Positions 9,963 through 19,029 of a stretch of 49,954 nucleotides of DNA are shown here, piece after piece (within the stretch, counting starts at the first letter, position 1; every line of letters begins with the position of its first letter). The notes beneath the pieces are model-generated. The model was not told where the DNA came from. It searched no databases and saw only the letters and a list, made by a program, of their open reading frames with translations. The DNA is from Trueperaceae bacterium. Lineage in GTDB: Bacteria; Deinococcota; Deinococci; Deinococcales; Trueperaceae. The stretch is taken from the NCBI GenBank assembly GCA_040905465.1, contig JBBDRK010000018.1, forward strand, positions 2,475 to 52,428. The letters run 5' to 3'. The translations under genes were made by a program, and so were the position numbers.

Positions 9963-11308
9963 GCGTTCCGAGCCGACAGCTCACGCTCCAGCTGCGAGAA
10001 CGACGCTTCCAGGAGGACCATCAGATGGTCCAGCACGTCGTCCGTGACATTCAGTGGTGGCGCGATGAGAACCGCGTCGCCCAGCCCGCCGATAGCCCCG
10101 GCGGCAGGGTAGATCACGAGGCCCGCATCGAAAGCGGCCCGCACCAGTCGGCCAGTGGCGGCCACTTCAGCGGGGAAAGGCGCGCCGCTCGGAGCCACCA
10201 GTTCGAGGCCCCAAAGCAGGCCGCTGCCGCGGACGTCGCCGATTACCGGGTGGCGCACCGCCAGTTCGCGCAATCGGCGGCCGAGCTTCTCTCCCTGCCT
10301 GGCAGCGTTGCCTGGCAGATCGTGTTCCAGAAGGTGGCGAACCACGGCCAGCGCGGTCGCAGCGGTCAACGGATTGCCGCTCATGGTGTGGCCGAAGAGG
10401 AGCTGGCCCGTGCCGCTGCGGATCGTGTCGACGATCCGGTCGCTAACCAGCACCGCGCCCACCGGGGTGTACCCGGCCCCGAGCCCCTTGCCGAGAACCA
10501 GCATGTCGGGAACCGCATCCTCGCGCTCGCTTGCGAACATCAGCCCGGTCCGGCCCATGCCGGTCATTACTTCGTCGGCGATGTAGAGGATGCCGTGCTC
10601 ATCGCACAGGTCCCGCACGCGACCGTCGTAGCCGGGCGGGGGCACTATCGCCCCGCCGCTCGCCCCAACGACTGGCTCGGCGATGAACGCCGCCACGGTT
10701 TCGGGACCGACACGCTCGAGCTCGTCCCGCAGCGTGTCGGCGCAGGCCACCCGGCAATCCGGAAAGGTGAGCTCCAGCGGGCAGCGAAAGCAGTATGGGG
10801 TCGCCACACGAGCGTGGTCGGTCAGGAGCGGGTCGAAGCGCTTGCGCCTGCCGGCGTGGCCCGACATCGCGAGTGCGCCGAGAGTCACCCCGTGATAGCT
10901 GGTAGTGCGCGAGAGCACCCTCAACCGCTGGGGTTCCCCTCGTTCCTGCCAGTACTGGATGGCGATCTTCTGGGCGAGCTCGGTCGCCTCGCTGCCGCTG
11001 TTGACCAGGAACAACCTGTTCAGGTCGCCGGGCGCCAACTCGGCCAACAGGTCGGCCAGCTCCTCGGCCGCCCTGCTGGTGAACTGCGATCGGAACACGA
11101 AGGCGAGCTGTCCGGCCTGGTGAGTCGCGGCGGAAACGACGTCCTCGACTCCATGGCCGAGGTTGGCCACTACCGCACCGGAGCTGCCGTCGAGCCAGGC
11201 GCGACCGTCGCGGTCGTAGAGGTAACATCCCTCGCCGCGGGTGATCTCGGGCAACGTTTCGTCCAACTGCGGGTAGAGCAGGTGGGAAGCCCCGACTCGG
11301 GTAGTCAT
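9959..11308 (-). CDS. Class III PLP-dependent aminotransferase (YodT-like)
   Basis: SGSEA, SYHGVT, ADEVMTGMGRTG, PLP lysine in GKGLGAGY. Confidence 0.93.
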   Translation of the reverse strand: MTTRVGASHLLYPQLDETLPEITRGEGCYLYDRDGRAWLDGSSGAVVANLGHGVEDVVSAATHQAGQLAFVFRSQFTSRAAEELADLLAELAPGDLNRLFLVNSGSEATELAQKIAIQYWQERGEPQRLRVLSRTTSYHGVTLGALAMSGHAGRRKRFDPLLTDHARVATPYCFRCPLELTFPDCRVACADTLRDELERVGPETVAAFIAEPVVGASGGAIVPPPGYDGRVRDLCDEHGILYIADEVMTGMGRTGLMFASEREDAVPDMLVLGKGLGAGYTPVGAVLVSDRIVDTIRSGTGQLLFGHTMSGNPLTAATALAVVRHLLEHDLPGNAARQGEKLGRRLRELAVRHPVIGDVRGSGLLWGLELVAPSGAPFPAEVAATGRLVRAAFDAGLVIYPAAGAIGGLGDAVLIAPPLNVTDDVLDHLMVLLEASFSQLERELSARNA

Positions 11309-11430
11309 CGGCTTTCGCGTCCGGCCGGGCCCGGCGAGGCGGGATAGTTCGATCCGTGGTGCAGGTCGGTACTCATCAGATTCCCGAACCTACCGTATTG
11401 GACTGTTGATTGGAAGTCCGGCACCGGCTG

Positions 11431-11528
11431 AAGCCGCGGCAACCGTGCCGCGGTGACTATGGCGGGACGACTATGCCGTGGCGACTACGCCGAGTCAGTC
11501 AAGCCGAGTCAGTTAAGCCGCGTCGAAT
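11431..11528. repeat. Degenerate tandem repeat, 7 units of 14 bp
   Basis: aagccgcggcaacc/gtgccgcggtgact/atggcgggacgact/atgccgtggcgact/acgccgagtcagtc/aagccgagtcagtt/aagccgcgtcgaat. Confidence 0.7.
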
Positions 11529-11959
11529 GCTGCGCGCAGCCGGCTGCCTTTGCGGGGCGGGAATTTCAGATGGGCCAGGATCGCGACCAGGTCGGTGCGG
11601 TCGAACGACAGCAGTCGCTCCTCATCGAGAAGCCGATTGTGTACGAGGTCCTGCAGGAGGTTCTTGATGCCGCGCAGCAGATCGTAGATGCAGCCGAGCG
11701 TGTGTTCATACTTGTCGGCAAGAGCCTTGCTCAGATAGGTACGAGCCTGGCCGACTACCTGCCGGAAGCGTTCGATGTCGCCACGCGACCTCAGGGTGAC
11801 CGCCTGTGCCATCCTCTCGAGACAGCGCATGGCACTCTCGATGGTGGGCCGCAAGGCGCTGTAGTAGTTGGCGGCATCGGGGCTGAAACCGGGTAGCACC
11901 CGGGCCGCGGCTTCGTAGCTCTCGATTACCTGTAACAGTTCGTTCTTGGGATCGGTCAT
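11513..11959 (-). CDS. Hypothetical alpha-helical protein
   Basis: 148-aa ORF with RBS GAGGA and protein-like composition; no recognised motif. Confidence 0.65.
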   Translation of the reverse strand: MTDPKNELLQVIESYEAAARVLPGFSPDAANYYSALRPTIESAMRCLERMAQAVTLRSRGDIERFRQVVGQARTYLSKALADKYEHTLGCIYDLLRGIKNLLQDLVHNRLLDEERLLSFDRTDLVAILAHLKFPPRKGSRLRAAFDAA

Positions 11960-12087
11960 GGAAAGTCCTCGGCACCCTCACTTCTGGGCCGAAGACCAGT
12001 CTGACCGATTCGATGGCCGGGCGTTGTGGAAGATTTCGTTTTGCGGCCTCGATCGGCAGTTGCCGACGAGGCCGCAAGCTGGCGGTG

Positions 12088-12669
12088 CTAGAAGGGGAGC
12101 AGGTTCCCCGGTCTGACGGTGATGGATATCGTGACGTCGTCGAGCCGGTAGTCTACGCCGCTCGCACTCGGGCCGGCGACGTACTCGAGCCGCACGCCCA
12201 AGCGAAAGTCGCCGCTCTTCAGCGTCGCCAGCGCATCGGGGTTTACCGAATCGCTGACCTCGACGGCGAATGTCAGTTGTTCCGTCTCCCCAGGTTCCAG
12301 GGAAACGGACGTGCTGGCAATGGCAGGGGAGTCGAACGGTGAGGCGTCGGACGAGTCGGAGATATGGAAAGATGCGGCGACCTCTTCGCTGCCAGTGGCC
12401 GCGTTCGACGTAATCGCGGCACTGAAGTCGAGAGTCAGGCCCTCGAGCCCTTCCAGCATCTGAGCCGGAACACCGAGTTGCTCCGCAGTCAGCCCTTCCT
12501 CATCGGGCAGCAGATACTCGTCGGCGGCCAGGCTGAACTCTCCGGCCCGTTCCTCGTCGGAGAGGAAGGAAAGGACGTCCGCCTCGACAGTCAACAAGGT
12601 GTGGCGACTGCAACCGGCAAGGAGAAGGAGCGTCACGGCGGTAAGTACCAGCGATCGCCTGAAAATCAT
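12088..12669 (-). CDS. Acidic lipoprotein of unknown function
   Basis: Signal II with lipobox LLAGC; 12 nt downstream of the OMP gene. Confidence 0.8.
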   Translation of the reverse strand: MIFRRSLVLTAVTLLLLAGCSRHTLLTVEADVLSFLSDEERAGEFSLAADEYLLPDEEGLTAEQLGVPAQMLEGLEGLTLDFSAAITSNAATGSEEVAASFHISDSSDASPFDSPAIASTSVSLEPGETEQLTFAVEVSDSVNPDALATLKSGDFRLGVRLEYVAGPSASGVDYRLDDVTISITVRPGNLLPF

Positions 12670-12681
12670 ATGGTCACCATC

Positions 12682-14070
12682 CTAGAAGCCGAAGCCCAGT
12701 CCGACGGCCGCTCCGACCGCTTGGTGAGCCGTGAAGGGAGAGCGGTAGGTGTGTACTGCCACGTCGAACCCGATACCAACCACGCGTACCCCTGCCCCGA
12801 CGCCGGCAGTCAGGCCATCGTCGAAGCCACCGCCGGCACGAAGCAGTAGTTGAACGATCTCGAAATCGTAGCCCCCTTCGACGCCCAGGTGACCGCTGAT
12901 CGCACCGTCGTCGTAGGCGCCGTCGGCCGCCACCAGAAGCGAGCCGAGGTCGGGCACGCCGAGTACCGCCGTGTCGAACTCGTACGCTACGTTGGCGTTT
13001 ACGCCGAACCGGTCGAAGAGGTAGGTGCGAGATGACGGAGTGGGGCCGGTCTGCGAGCTGGCTCCGAGACTGTCGCCGGCCACGGTCACCTCCATGCCCT
13101 GCCACAGCCCGATCCCGAGGTCGGTTACGCCCAGGCCGGCAGTCAGGCGTCCGTCGGGCGTCGGGAGCGTGACCGCAACCCCCAGGTCTCCGGTTACCCC
13201 ATAGCCTAGTCCGCCCTGGCCCACCAGCGCATAGAATCCGTCTCCCTCGTAGTCGTAGCCGAACTCGGTCTCGCCGTCGTCGTTCTCGGTGGTCGTTACC
13301 GTGAAAGTGCCGGTACCGTCGATTCGGGCGAGGCCGATGAACGGTTCAGCGCGCACTCCCAGGAAGACCTGGCCCGCGAAGGCTTCGCTGGCTGGGATGG
13401 GCAAGGCGGTTGCGTAAGTGACGTTCACGCCCACCCCGGCTTCGCCCTGCAGCCGTCCGGCGATCTCGCCGCTGCTGGTGCCCTCGTTGAACAGTTCGCC
13501 GAAGCCGGCGAGTGGGGTGAGGCGTCCGTCGGCATCTATGTATGGGCGGATGCCCAGCCCGACCGGCCCAACGTCGAACCCAATCGGCAGTTCGAACGCC
13601 TGCCCGTAACCGACCGGAGTTCCGTGGCTTATCTGCAAGGGGGAGCCGCCAACGAAGTCGATGGCCACGGCGGGCACCCCGTTGTCGTTTGCAACCGACA
13701 CGATTACCTCGTCAGGGCTGCGGGCGGGGTTCAGCAGCAAGGTGCCGAGGTGACTCGCCTGATCGAACGCGCTCAGCAGGTCGAACTGGTCGCTTCGCGG
13801 ATCGAGCTCCGGCCGGAGCAGGACGTTTACCGCTCCCAGCGGCAAGGGTAGGAAGAACGGCGTGCCGGCGTCAGGTAGTGCCCCGAATGCCGGATTGCCG
13901 CTTCCGTTGCTCGCCGGCGTGCTCGTGCCGCCCATTCCCAGTGAACGAACGCCTTGAGCATTGGCCATCGGCGTCGCCAACAGCGCGATCAACAGCGCGG
14001 CCAGCAGTGTTGCGACGACGAAACTCGCGGGTCGGTGAACGCGTGTACCGTCAGGGACCGGTTCGATCAT
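12682..14070 (-). CDS. Putative outer-membrane beta-barrel protein
   Basis: Signal peptide ending ANA-Q; GVRSLGMGG…NPA N-terminal motif; amphipathic beta strands; C-terminal Phe (GFGF); start at ATG 14070 after GGAGG. Confidence 0.75.
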   Translation of the reverse strand: MIEPVPDGTRVHRPASFVVATLLAALLIALLATPMANAQGVRSLGMGGTSTPASNGSGNPAFGALPDAGTPFFLPLPLGAVNVLLRPELDPRSDQFDLLSAFDQASHLGTLLLNPARSPDEVIVSVANDNGVPAVAIDFVGGSPLQISHGTPVGYGQAFELPIGFDVGPVGLGIRPYIDADGRLTPLAGFGELFNEGTSSGEIAGRLQGEAGVGVNVTYATALPIPASEAFAGQVFLGVRAEPFIGLARIDGTGTFTVTTTENDDGETEFGYDYEGDGFYALVGQGGLGYGVTGDLGVAVTLPTPDGRLTAGLGVTDLGIGLWQGMEVTVAGDSLGASSQTGPTPSSRTYLFDRFGVNANVAYEFDTAVLGVPDLGSLLVAADGAYDDGAISGHLGVEGGYDFEIVQLLLRAGGGFDDGLTAGVGAGVRVVGIGFDVAVHTYRSPFTAHQAVGAAVGLGFGF

Positions 14071-14224
14071 GCTTCCTCCTGCCGACCCCCCGAAGGTTGT
14101 CACCTTCCTGACGGACGCAAATGTAACACGTCCAACACTGGGAGCAACACCGGTAGATGAAGGGCAACGACCGTGCGATCGAGTCGCCGCCCAAGTGCTT
14201 GCGTTCGCGGGCTTTCGCTGGATA

Positions 14225-14947
14225 TTATTCGCTGTCTGGCGTACCGAACTCGAGCCGGCGTGTCTCGATCACCCGTCCGACGACTTCGGCAACATCCTCG
14301 GCCAGGACATAAGGCGGCGTGCCGTCGGTTGCTCTGGGATTCGCGCTTACCAGCTTCCAACCGAATCTGTCGTCCTTCAGCACCTTGCACACGTAGCCTT
14401 CCGAGGCGAGCCGCGCTACCACCGCAGCCCCGTCGTGGCCCTTGTCGTTGCGATCCACCAGCACAATGTCACCATTGAAGATTGGGCGCGGTCCCATTGC
14501 CATCGAATCGCCCCGGATGCGAAAGGCAATGAGGCTCTTGCTGCGCGCGACATAAGCGTCAACCCAGACATTGTCGTCCAGGATCTCGGCTTCCTGAACC
14601 GGTCCCGCTCCTACCCAACCTGCAACATGGACGGGCAGGCGGAGCACCTTTCGCGGGTTTGCGTTTTCGGCTCCCCGGGCAGCCGGTTCCAACTCGTAGA
14701 CGAGTTCGTGTAGCGGCACTTCCAGTGCTTCCGCCAGTCGTGCCAACGTTTCTATCGAGGGCTTCACGAATTTGCCGTGGCGCGACATCCTGCCCTGGAC
14801 CAAGCCGTAGACCGTCGTCGCTCCGATGCCTGAGAACTCTGCGAACTGCTCGAGCCTGACCATGCCGAGCTGTTCCATCTTTCGCAATATGCGTGAGTTG
14901 AACGGCCCGGTGGACCCTACTGCCGACTTCTTCGCAGGTCTAGGCAT
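14225..14947 (-). CDS. XRE-HTH / S24 peptidase repressor (CI/LexA-like)
   Basis: N-terminal HTH; Ala-Gly site (VGAG); catalytic Ser in RGDSM and Lys in VCKVL. Confidence 0.88.
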   Translation of the reverse strand: MPRPAKKSAVGSTGPFNSRILRKMEQLGMVRLEQFAEFSGIGATTVYGLVQGRMSRHGKFVKPSIETLARLAEALEVPLHELVYELEPAARGAENANPRKVLRLPVHVAGWVGAGPVQEAEILDDNVWVDAYVARSKSLIAFRIRGDSMAMGPRPIFNGDIVLVDRNDKGHDGAAVVARLASEGYVCKVLKDDRFGWKLVSANPRATDGTPPYVLAEDVAEVVGRVIETRRLEFGTPDSE

Positions 14948-15051
14948 AAGTGTAGCCTCCCTGACATTCTCGCACGTTAGAGCTTAGAGTATTTCAACGT
15001 TGGAGTAAAGGAGACTTCAACGGCACGAACTTCATCGGGAGGGATACGGGA

Positions 15052-15324
15052 ATGAGGGATCGTGACTTCGCCAATGCTGTAGATGCCGCTCTCTGGATAA
15101 GCCCATCAGGCGCCAGCCGCGACAACGGGGCGAACCTCGCGGCCGTCAGGTCGTCGATTGAAGAGCGCAGTCGTGCCATCGTCCTGTTGAACGAGCTGTT
15201 AGTCGCTCTCCTGCCTCTCTACCTTTGGCGAAGTCACGTCCACATGGCGCCGCCAATCCTCGAAGCGCTGCTCTTCGTGCAGGAACAGGCTGGCGGACAG
15301 GAACTCGCTGCGCCTCCTGAGTAG
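15052..15324 (+). CDS. Hypothetical protein divergent from the S24 repressor
   Basis: 90-aa ORF with a purine-rich upstream sequence; no recognised motif. Confidence 0.35.
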   Translation: MRDRDFANAVDAALWISPSGASRDNGANLAAVRSSIEERSRAIVLLNELLVALLPLYLWRSHVHMAPPILEALLFVQEQAGGQELAAPPE

Positions 15325-15372
15325 TCGATCGGTGTTAGCGGGGTGTCGGTGCGGCGGCTCGACTGGAGTGGC

Positions 15373-15669
15373 TCAACCTTTGCCACGGCGAACCCGCGAC
15401 CGCCGAGGCTGCGCCCTCAGTTCGTCGAACTCCCGGTCCGTCGGTTCACGCATGATGTGGCCGATGTCCTCGCCTATGGCTAGAGCTAATCTCCGCAGCG
15501 TGGCGGCGTACGGATTGAATGTCTTCTCTCGCGCCTCGCTTTCGTAACGCTGATAGGAGCGCACCGAGATGCCCAACCGTTCCGCGACATCCTCCTGCCG
15601 CAGATTCTTCGCCAGGCGCGCACGCTGTATGCGTCGACGGACCACGGCGAGATAGAGTTCGTCCGACAC
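15373..15669 (-). CDS. XRE family HTH transcriptional regulator (paralog 1)
   Basis: LRQEDVAERLGISVRSYQRYE HTH; NP..TLRRLA. Confidence 0.88.
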   Translation of the reverse strand: MSDELYLAVVRRRIQRARLAKNLRQEDVAERLGISVRSYQRYESEAREKTFNPYAATLRRLALAIGEDIGHIMREPTDREFDELRAQPRRSRVRRGKG

Positions 15670-15703
15670 CTCGCCATCATCGCGGCGTTCAGGAACTGTT
15701 GGA

Positions 15704-15721
15704 ACGATACAATGTTATCGT
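15704..15721. promoter_or_regulatory. Palindromic operator ACGATA-N6-TATCGT upstream of XRE paralog 1
   Basis: acgata caatgt tatcgt; same motif at the same distance upstream of paralog 2. Confidence 0.7.
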
Positions 15722-15903
15722 GTTGGCGGGCCTCCTTGGCGTGTCGACGCTCCTGCCGTCGCCTCTTTCCGAGCGAGTCGTCGCTCGGCATCCCTGCCCC
15801 GAACTCCCCGGTTCCGGCTCTGCCGAGACCCCTCCGGAGGCCACGGGCGATCGGTGGATTCGATCAGGGACGGGCGGCGGCAGGAGTGTTGATGAGTATT
15901 TCC

Positions 15904-16185
15904 TTACGCCCTGCGGTGAACGTCGGGGCTTTCGAGCGCGCGGAGCTCGCCGTTCGTCGGTTCTCGAACGATTTCGGCGACGTCCTCGCCGAGCGTAACG
16001 GCGATGCGACGCAGCGTCAGCGCATATGGGTTGAAGCGCTTATCGAGTCGGCCCATCTCATATCGCTGGTATGACCGAACCGAGATGCCGAGCTTTTCCG
16101 CGACATCCTCCTGCCGCAGGCCCCTCGAGAGACGCGCCATGCGAATTCTCTTTCGGACCACGGCAAGGTAGGCCTCATCCGTCAC
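15904..16185 (-). CDS. XRE family HTH transcriptional regulator (paralog 2)
   Basis: LRQEDVAEKLGISVRSYQRYE; clear duplicate of 15373..15669. Confidence 0.88.
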   Translation of the reverse strand: MTDEAYLAVVRKRIRMARLSRGLRQEDVAEKLGISVRSYQRYEMGRLDKRFNPYALTLRRIAVTLGEDVAEIVREPTNGELRALESPDVHRRA

Positions 16186-16219
16186 CGCCTCATCATCGCG
16201 ACGATTGTGGCCGACTTGA

Positions 16220-16237
16220 ACGATATCATGTTATCGT
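16220..16237. promoter_or_regulatory. Palindromic operator ACGATA-N6-TATCGT upstream of XRE paralog 2
   Basis: acgata tcatgt tatcgt. Confidence 0.7.
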
Positions 16238-16483
16238 GTTATGCGTAATTTCAAGCTGTGAGGTGCTGAATGACCTGAGCCCGTCATGTTGCTTCGTCCG
16301 CTGCCCTTCGTGCCGTCTCTCGCCAATGGAAGCCCAACCCGGGCGCCACGCGGTCTCTTGCTTCGCAAGGCCAGGACCGTCCCCCAATAGGCGAGGCCAA
16401 TCGGGTCGAGCGCCCGCGTTGGGTCAACCTGAGCTTACTTCAAATTGGTTTGTCGGCGCTCCAAACCTCCCTTGGGAGGTTCT

Positions 16484-18931
16484 ATGCATGCTCGAAGTGC
16501 ACTAGTCGTGCTGAGGGTGGTGGGCGCTGTCCTCGTGCTGTCCGTGGCAATCGCCCAGTCCGAGGACCGTCGTCGCTTTACGGTGGATGATCTTCTGTCC
16601 TTGCAGGCTCTCAACAAGGTAGTCCCCTCGCCCGCTGGCGACCTGATCGCCGTGGTGATCCAGCGTCCCGCGCAAGGAAACGGACCCGCAAACGAGAACA
16701 TGTTCTCGAACGACCGTGCGGACATCTGGCTCATCTCGGCAGAGTCGGGGGAGATAGAAAACCTCACCGACGGCACTGGTCGTGACAGTTACTTCAGCCC
16801 GCTATGGTCCCCGGACGGACAGCGACTCGCCATGCTTTCGACGGAAGGGAACGACGGCATCAGGCTCTATGTTTGGGACAGGTCGGGCGACTCGCTCAAG
16901 CGCCTGACGGAGCAGAGCGTGGATGTCGAGGCGAACTTCGGCGGAAGGAGCCTCTTCGACCGAGTGTCAGCAGTATGGCTGAACGACAGGGAACTCCTGA
17001 CCGTCCTCCTGCCTGTTGGTGAGCTGCCGGTCGATTACTTCACGTCCAATCCCCAAGGTGTGATCGTCCCCAAATGGGAGGCGACACAGGCCGGCCTCGA
17101 GCCGTCAGTAAGCGTCCTACACAGTAACGTGGGCAGCCCCGAAGACTGGACGCTAGAACGAACAATGGTGCGCATTGACGTCGAGAGCGGCGACATCACG
17201 GAGTTGACGAAAGGCGAAATTCGCGTGGTGAGCCTTTCACCCGACGGCCGGCGCGCGGCTATCATCACAGTCTCTGGACCCGATGAGCTTCCTGTCGAGG
17301 GAGGCCTGCCCTTCCCGCCAGGTTGGAACGTCTACACCTGGCGACCTTACGTGCACACGAAGCTGGCGGTCCTCGAACTCGAGGGCGCTGGCGAACTCAC
17401 CTGGTTTCCCGAGGTAGTCGATCCCAGCATTTTCACCTACAGGAGCGACCTGCAATGGTCGCCAAGCGCGGATTCACTCGCCGTCCTTGTCGAACGTGAC
17501 GAGAGCGCTGCCGGTCGCGCCCTCTTTCGGATCGACGTCAATGCAGCGGAAGCCGATCCCATCGGGGTCGGCGCGGCTAACATCTCGTCGTTCGCATGGT
17601 ACGGGGACGAACTTCTTTTGAACGTCGACGGGGATTGGCAGGTTGCTGCCCGCTCCGCAGAAGCGGCAGGCGGTGACTACGAGGATTTACCGCAACAACT
17701 TCGCGGCTTTGGAGCCGGCGGGCTCGCGGGGGTCAGCGACGACGACTTCTTTCTGCTCGGAGCGTCGGGTCGACTGACTAATGCAACAGAAGACTTCGCG
17801 CCCGCCATCCAGCGGATCATCTGGCCTTCAGCTACCAGCACCGACTCGAGCGGCGAATGGATACTCGGCACGTCGGACGGCATGTATCATGCGCTTGCAG
17901 AAGGCGATGCACTTCGCCTGAGCCCCGTCAAGTCCCCCGACGCCGCGGCCAGCTTTCTGGCTTACGCGCCGCCCAGCCAGACCGCAGTCTTCAATAAGTC
18001 CGATCCTGATGGGGACTACCTTTGGTCGGGTAATCCGCATACCGGCGATTACATCAATACGCTCTCCCTGAATACTCATCTGGCGCGAGTCGAGGACGCC
18101 GAGCGCATCCTCATCTCATACGAGAACGATGACGGCCAGCCGCTCAAGGGGCTCGTGGTGCTTCCCAAGGACTACCAGGAAGGGCGAGCCTACCCGCTAA
18201 TCGTCACCCTCTACACGGGCAGCGTGGTTCGAGACGAAGCCTACCGGCCGGCAAGCAAAAACCAGTCGCGCCTCTATCACCCGCTGCTCTTTACAGCGCG
18301 CGACTACGCTGTCCTGTACCCGAGCATTCCGCTGCCCAGCACTTCTGGGCCGATAGACCCGCTTTCAGAACTGAGCAAGAACGTATTGCCGGCGGTGGAC
18401 GAAGTTGTTCGCTTGGGCGTCGCTGACTCTGAGCGCATCGGCCTGTTGGGACACAGCTACGGAGGCTATGCCGTGGTCGGACTCCTCGGGCAGACAGAGC
18501 GCTTCAAGGCCGCTATCGCTTCTGCCCCATTCGTGGATCTCGCTGCCTACAACGATATGATTCCCTTCAAGCTGCGCTACTTCGACTTGGCCGCAGAATT
18601 GAGCCTGGTTTACTCGGCCGAGTTCGAGAACCCCAATGCCGTCCTGCGGATGGGAATCAGGCCGCAGCAGGATCCGGAACAGTATTCGCGCAATAGCCCG
18701 CTAGTCTACGCTGACCGCATCGAGAGTCCGCTCATGCTGATTCAGGGCGATCTGGATCCAGTGCCGATGGCGCAATCTGAGGCGCTATTCAAGCGTCTCA
18801 GACGCCAGGGAAACGAAGCGATGCTCGTGCGCTACTGGGGGGAAGGACACGTCATAATGTCGCCCGCCAACATAAGAGATGTGTTGGAGCGCATCTTCGG
18901 GTGGTTCGACACCTATCTCGGCGACGAGTGA
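16484..18931 (+). CDS. Secreted S9 prolyl-oligopeptidase-family enzyme; probable lasso peptide isopeptidase (AtxE2-like)
   Basis: RBS GGAGG; signal peptide; beta-propeller region with SPDG repeats; triad GHSYGG (Ser), QGDLD (Asp), GEGH (His); adjacent to lasso genes. Confidence 0.85.
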   Translation: MHARSALVVLRVVGAVLVLSVAIAQSEDRRRFTVDDLLSLQALNKVVPSPAGDLIAVVIQRPAQGNGPANENMFSNDRADIWLISAESGEIENLTDGTGRDSYFSPLWSPDGQRLAMLSTEGNDGIRLYVWDRSGDSLKRLTEQSVDVEANFGGRSLFDRVSAVWLNDRELLTVLLPVGELPVDYFTSNPQGVIVPKWEATQAGLEPSVSVLHSNVGSPEDWTLERTMVRIDVESGDITELTKGEIRVVSLSPDGRRAAIITVSGPDELPVEGGLPFPPGWNVYTWRPYVHTKLAVLELEGAGELTWFPEVVDPSIFTYRSDLQWSPSADSLAVLVERDESAAGRALFRIDVNAAEADPIGVGAANISSFAWYGDELLLNVDGDWQVAARSAEAAGGDYEDLPQQLRGFGAGGLAGVSDDDFFLLGASGRLTNATEDFAPAIQRIIWPSATSTDSSGEWILGTSDGMYHALAEGDALRLSPVKSPDAAASFLAYAPPSQTAVFNKSDPDGDYLWSGNPHTGDYINTLSLNTHLARVEDAERILISYENDDGQPLKGLVVLPKDYQEGRAYPLIVTLYTGSVVRDEAYRPASKNQSRLYHPLLFTARDYAVLYPSIPLPSTSGPIDPLSELSKNVLPAVDEVVRLGVADSERIGLLGHSYGGYAVVGLLGQTERFKAAIASAPFVDLAAYNDMIPFKLRYFDLAAELSLVYSAEFENPNAVLRMGIRPQQDPEQYSRNSPLVYADRIESPLMLIQGDLDPVPMAQSEALFKRLRRQGNEAMLVRYWGEGHVIMSPANIRDVLERIFGWFDTYLGDE

Positions 18932-18995
18932 AGCCGGGGCCGAACAAAAGGCAGGGTCAAATAGTACTACTAGAGGGCATAATCCAACAACTTGA

Positions 18996-19022
18996 AGAGG
19001 CGGGGAGATTTTCCCCGCCTCT
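18996..19022. terminator. Stem-loop between the convergent isopeptidase and precursor genes
   Basis: agaggcgggga-gattt-tccccgcctct: perfect 11-bp stem, 7 nt after the precursor stop. Confidence 0.75.
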
Positions 19023-19029
19023 ACTCGGC

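Noticed and set aside
11305-11376. 23-aa ORF (MSTDLHHGSNYPASPGPAGRESR) overlapping the aminotransferase start as a leader peptide
   Set aside because: No RBS, no regulatory codon run and no attenuator structure seen; may be chance
11431-11528. CRISPR array
   Set aside because: Units are 14 bp, contiguous and degenerate, with no unique spacers or cas genes
14225-16185. Prophage immunity region or intact prophage
   Set aside because: CI-like and XRE genes are present, but no integrase, replication, terminase or structural genes
18932-18995. Second lasso precursor near the cluster (also checked 21637-21742)
   Set aside because: No ORF with YxxP/Thr(-2) leader features found in either intergenic region
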